Assembly: GCA_039096225.1 (NCBI GenBank) | Contig: JBBPEB010000011.1 | Span: 496,001 to 560,000, forward strand | DNA length: 64,000 bases | DNA from: Blastocystis sp. Blastoise | Lineage: Eukaryota > Protista > Bigyra: Opalinata | Direction of reading: 5' to 3' | Shown: positions 63,045 through 64,000 of the stretch, in pieces | Position numbering within the stretch: position 1 is the stretch's first letter | Layout: every line of letters begins with the position of its first letter | Notes under the pieces: generated by a model | The model's database searches: none | What the model saw: the letters and a program-made list of their open reading frames with translations, nothing else | What the model was told of the DNA's origin: nothing | Made by a program: the position numbers and the translations under genes

Positions 63045-63110
63045 TTTTTAAATTAAAAAAAAAATTAAAAAATAAAATAAATATGAATTTAATAATAAAA
63101 TAAAAATAAA

Positions 63111-63320
63111 TAATGAGATACAAATGAGATACAGATGAGATATAAATGAGATACAAATTTATTATGATTGGATAATCTCGTCAGGTTTGATTCTCGATTT
63201 AGGATTTTTCATTTTATTATAAATGTTTTCATTGTTGACTTAGGATTTCGTCAGGTTTGATTCTCGATTTAGGATTTTATTACTTTATTATAAATATTTT
63301 CATTGTCGACTTAGGATTTT
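63111..63320. repeat. Direct repeats in the divergent SSB/primase intergenic region (4 x ~11-bp ATGAGATA; 2 x 70 bp)
   Basis: TCGTCAGGTTTGATTCTCGATTTAGGATTTT at 63178 and 63248. Confidence 0.85.
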
Positions 63321-63370
63321 AGTATTTTATTAATTTTAAATTTTATTTTATATTTCTTTTTATTTTTCTA

Positions 63371-64000
63371 ATGAGTACTGAACCTAAATTATCCTGTGAA
63401 TTTCAAGTATTTAATCAAGTTGATAAAACTAGTTGTCGTGCCGCCAAAATAATTGAGAATCCTGATGAATGGTATAGATCTGTTTTCGAAAGCTACTATA
63501 AACAAAAGATTGGTGAAAATACTGGTTTTGAAGAGCCACTACATTATGTTGACGTTGTTCCAAAGAATTCCGAAGGTTGTTATCGTCGTTTATGGTTTGA
63601 TTTAGATTTTTCAAAAGATACTAATGATTTCTCTATGTTTTCTGATGAAAATGTTAAAGTATTTCTTATTGGTTTATTTGATGTGTGTTGCCACTATTAT
63701 GATACAAATCTAGATGATATTAATGTTGTAATAACAAAAAAAGATGTTAATCAAAAGAAGAATGGATCAGAAATTAATTATTCATGGGGTTGTCATGTCT
63801 TTACAAATTTATTTGTTCTTCCTGATAGTCTTCCATGTTTTTATTCATTATTAATTAATCATTCAAAGATTAAAGAATCATGTGAACTACTTAATGTTAT
63901 TCCAGAAAAATTCATTGATAAAGCTGTAATTGGAAATAGAAGTCGTAATAATGGATGTATGATGCTTGGCTGTTCAAAAAATAATGTACGTTCTACTTAT
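63371..64000 (+). CDS. Archaeo-eukaryotic primase (PrimPol/D5-type N-terminal domain), truncated by the window end; missing from the ORF track
   Basis: 210 open codons from ATG 63371: RLWFDLD (motif I), WGCHVF (II), FIDKAV (III), MLGCSK. Confidence 0.85.
   Translation, partial: MSTEPKLSCEFQVFNQVDKTSCRAAKIIENPDEWYRSVFESYYKQKIGENTGFEEPLHYVDVVPKNSEGCYRRLWFDLDFSKDTNDFSMFSDENVKVFLIGLFDVCCHYYDTNLDDINVVITKKDVNQKKNGSEINYSWGCHVFTNLFVLPDSLPCFYSLLINHSKIKESCELLNVIPEKFIDKAVIGNRSRNNGCMMLGCSKNNVRSTY

Larger units (their letters stand above)
55466..64000. mobile_element. Endogenous Polinton-like dsDNA virus (left portion)
   Basis: Abrupt switch to compact, nearly intron-less ORFs: tyrosine recombinase, adenain-like protease, GxG core protein, Dam methylase, SSB-like protein, AEP primase; terminal hairpin and tandem repeats. 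No capsid, packaging ATPase or PolB is inside the window. Confidence 0.8.

Noticed and set aside
55466-64000. Bacterial prophage contamination suggested by Dam plus integrase
   Set aside because: The junction lies inside a eukaryotic CACTA element, one gene has a spliceosomal intron, and the protease and core genes are adenovirus/Polinton-like.

Overview
Very AT-rich, intron-rich eukaryotic (protist-like) genomic DNA. The short GT-AG introns and the BTB/coiled-coil/TLDc gene resemble Blastocystis-type stramenopiles, but this is only an inference. About 80% of the window is nested mobile DNA. (1) Two near-identical 13.6-kb CACTA/En-Spm transposons lie in inverted orientation (3063-16683, TSD TTG; 34479-48096, TSD ATG). 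Each carries a spliced ~1026-aa transposase, a divergent 4-exon 218-aa partner gene, a 2.6-kb 19-bp satellite and a captured exportin-7 pseudogene fragment. (2) A CACTG-ended element (22378-34154, TSD TTA) contains a nested non-autonomous CACTA element (22920-29416, TSD TAT) with captured gene remnants. (3) A diverged relative of that nested element starts at 48136 and is interrupted at ~55466 by (4) an endogenous Polinton-like dsDNA virus. The virus has a GC-rich 117-bp terminal hairpin, ~242-bp tandem repeats, a tyrosine recombinase, a Dam-type methylase, a putative SSB and an AEP primase running off the window. It also has a GxG-rich core-protein precursor that appears to be joined to an adenain-like protease through a -1 frameshift cassette (A_AAA_AAC, 7-nt spacer, stem-loop). 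Host genes are an unidentified multi-exon gene, an SF3B5-like gene, a MO25/CAB39-like gene and a TLDc pseudogene.
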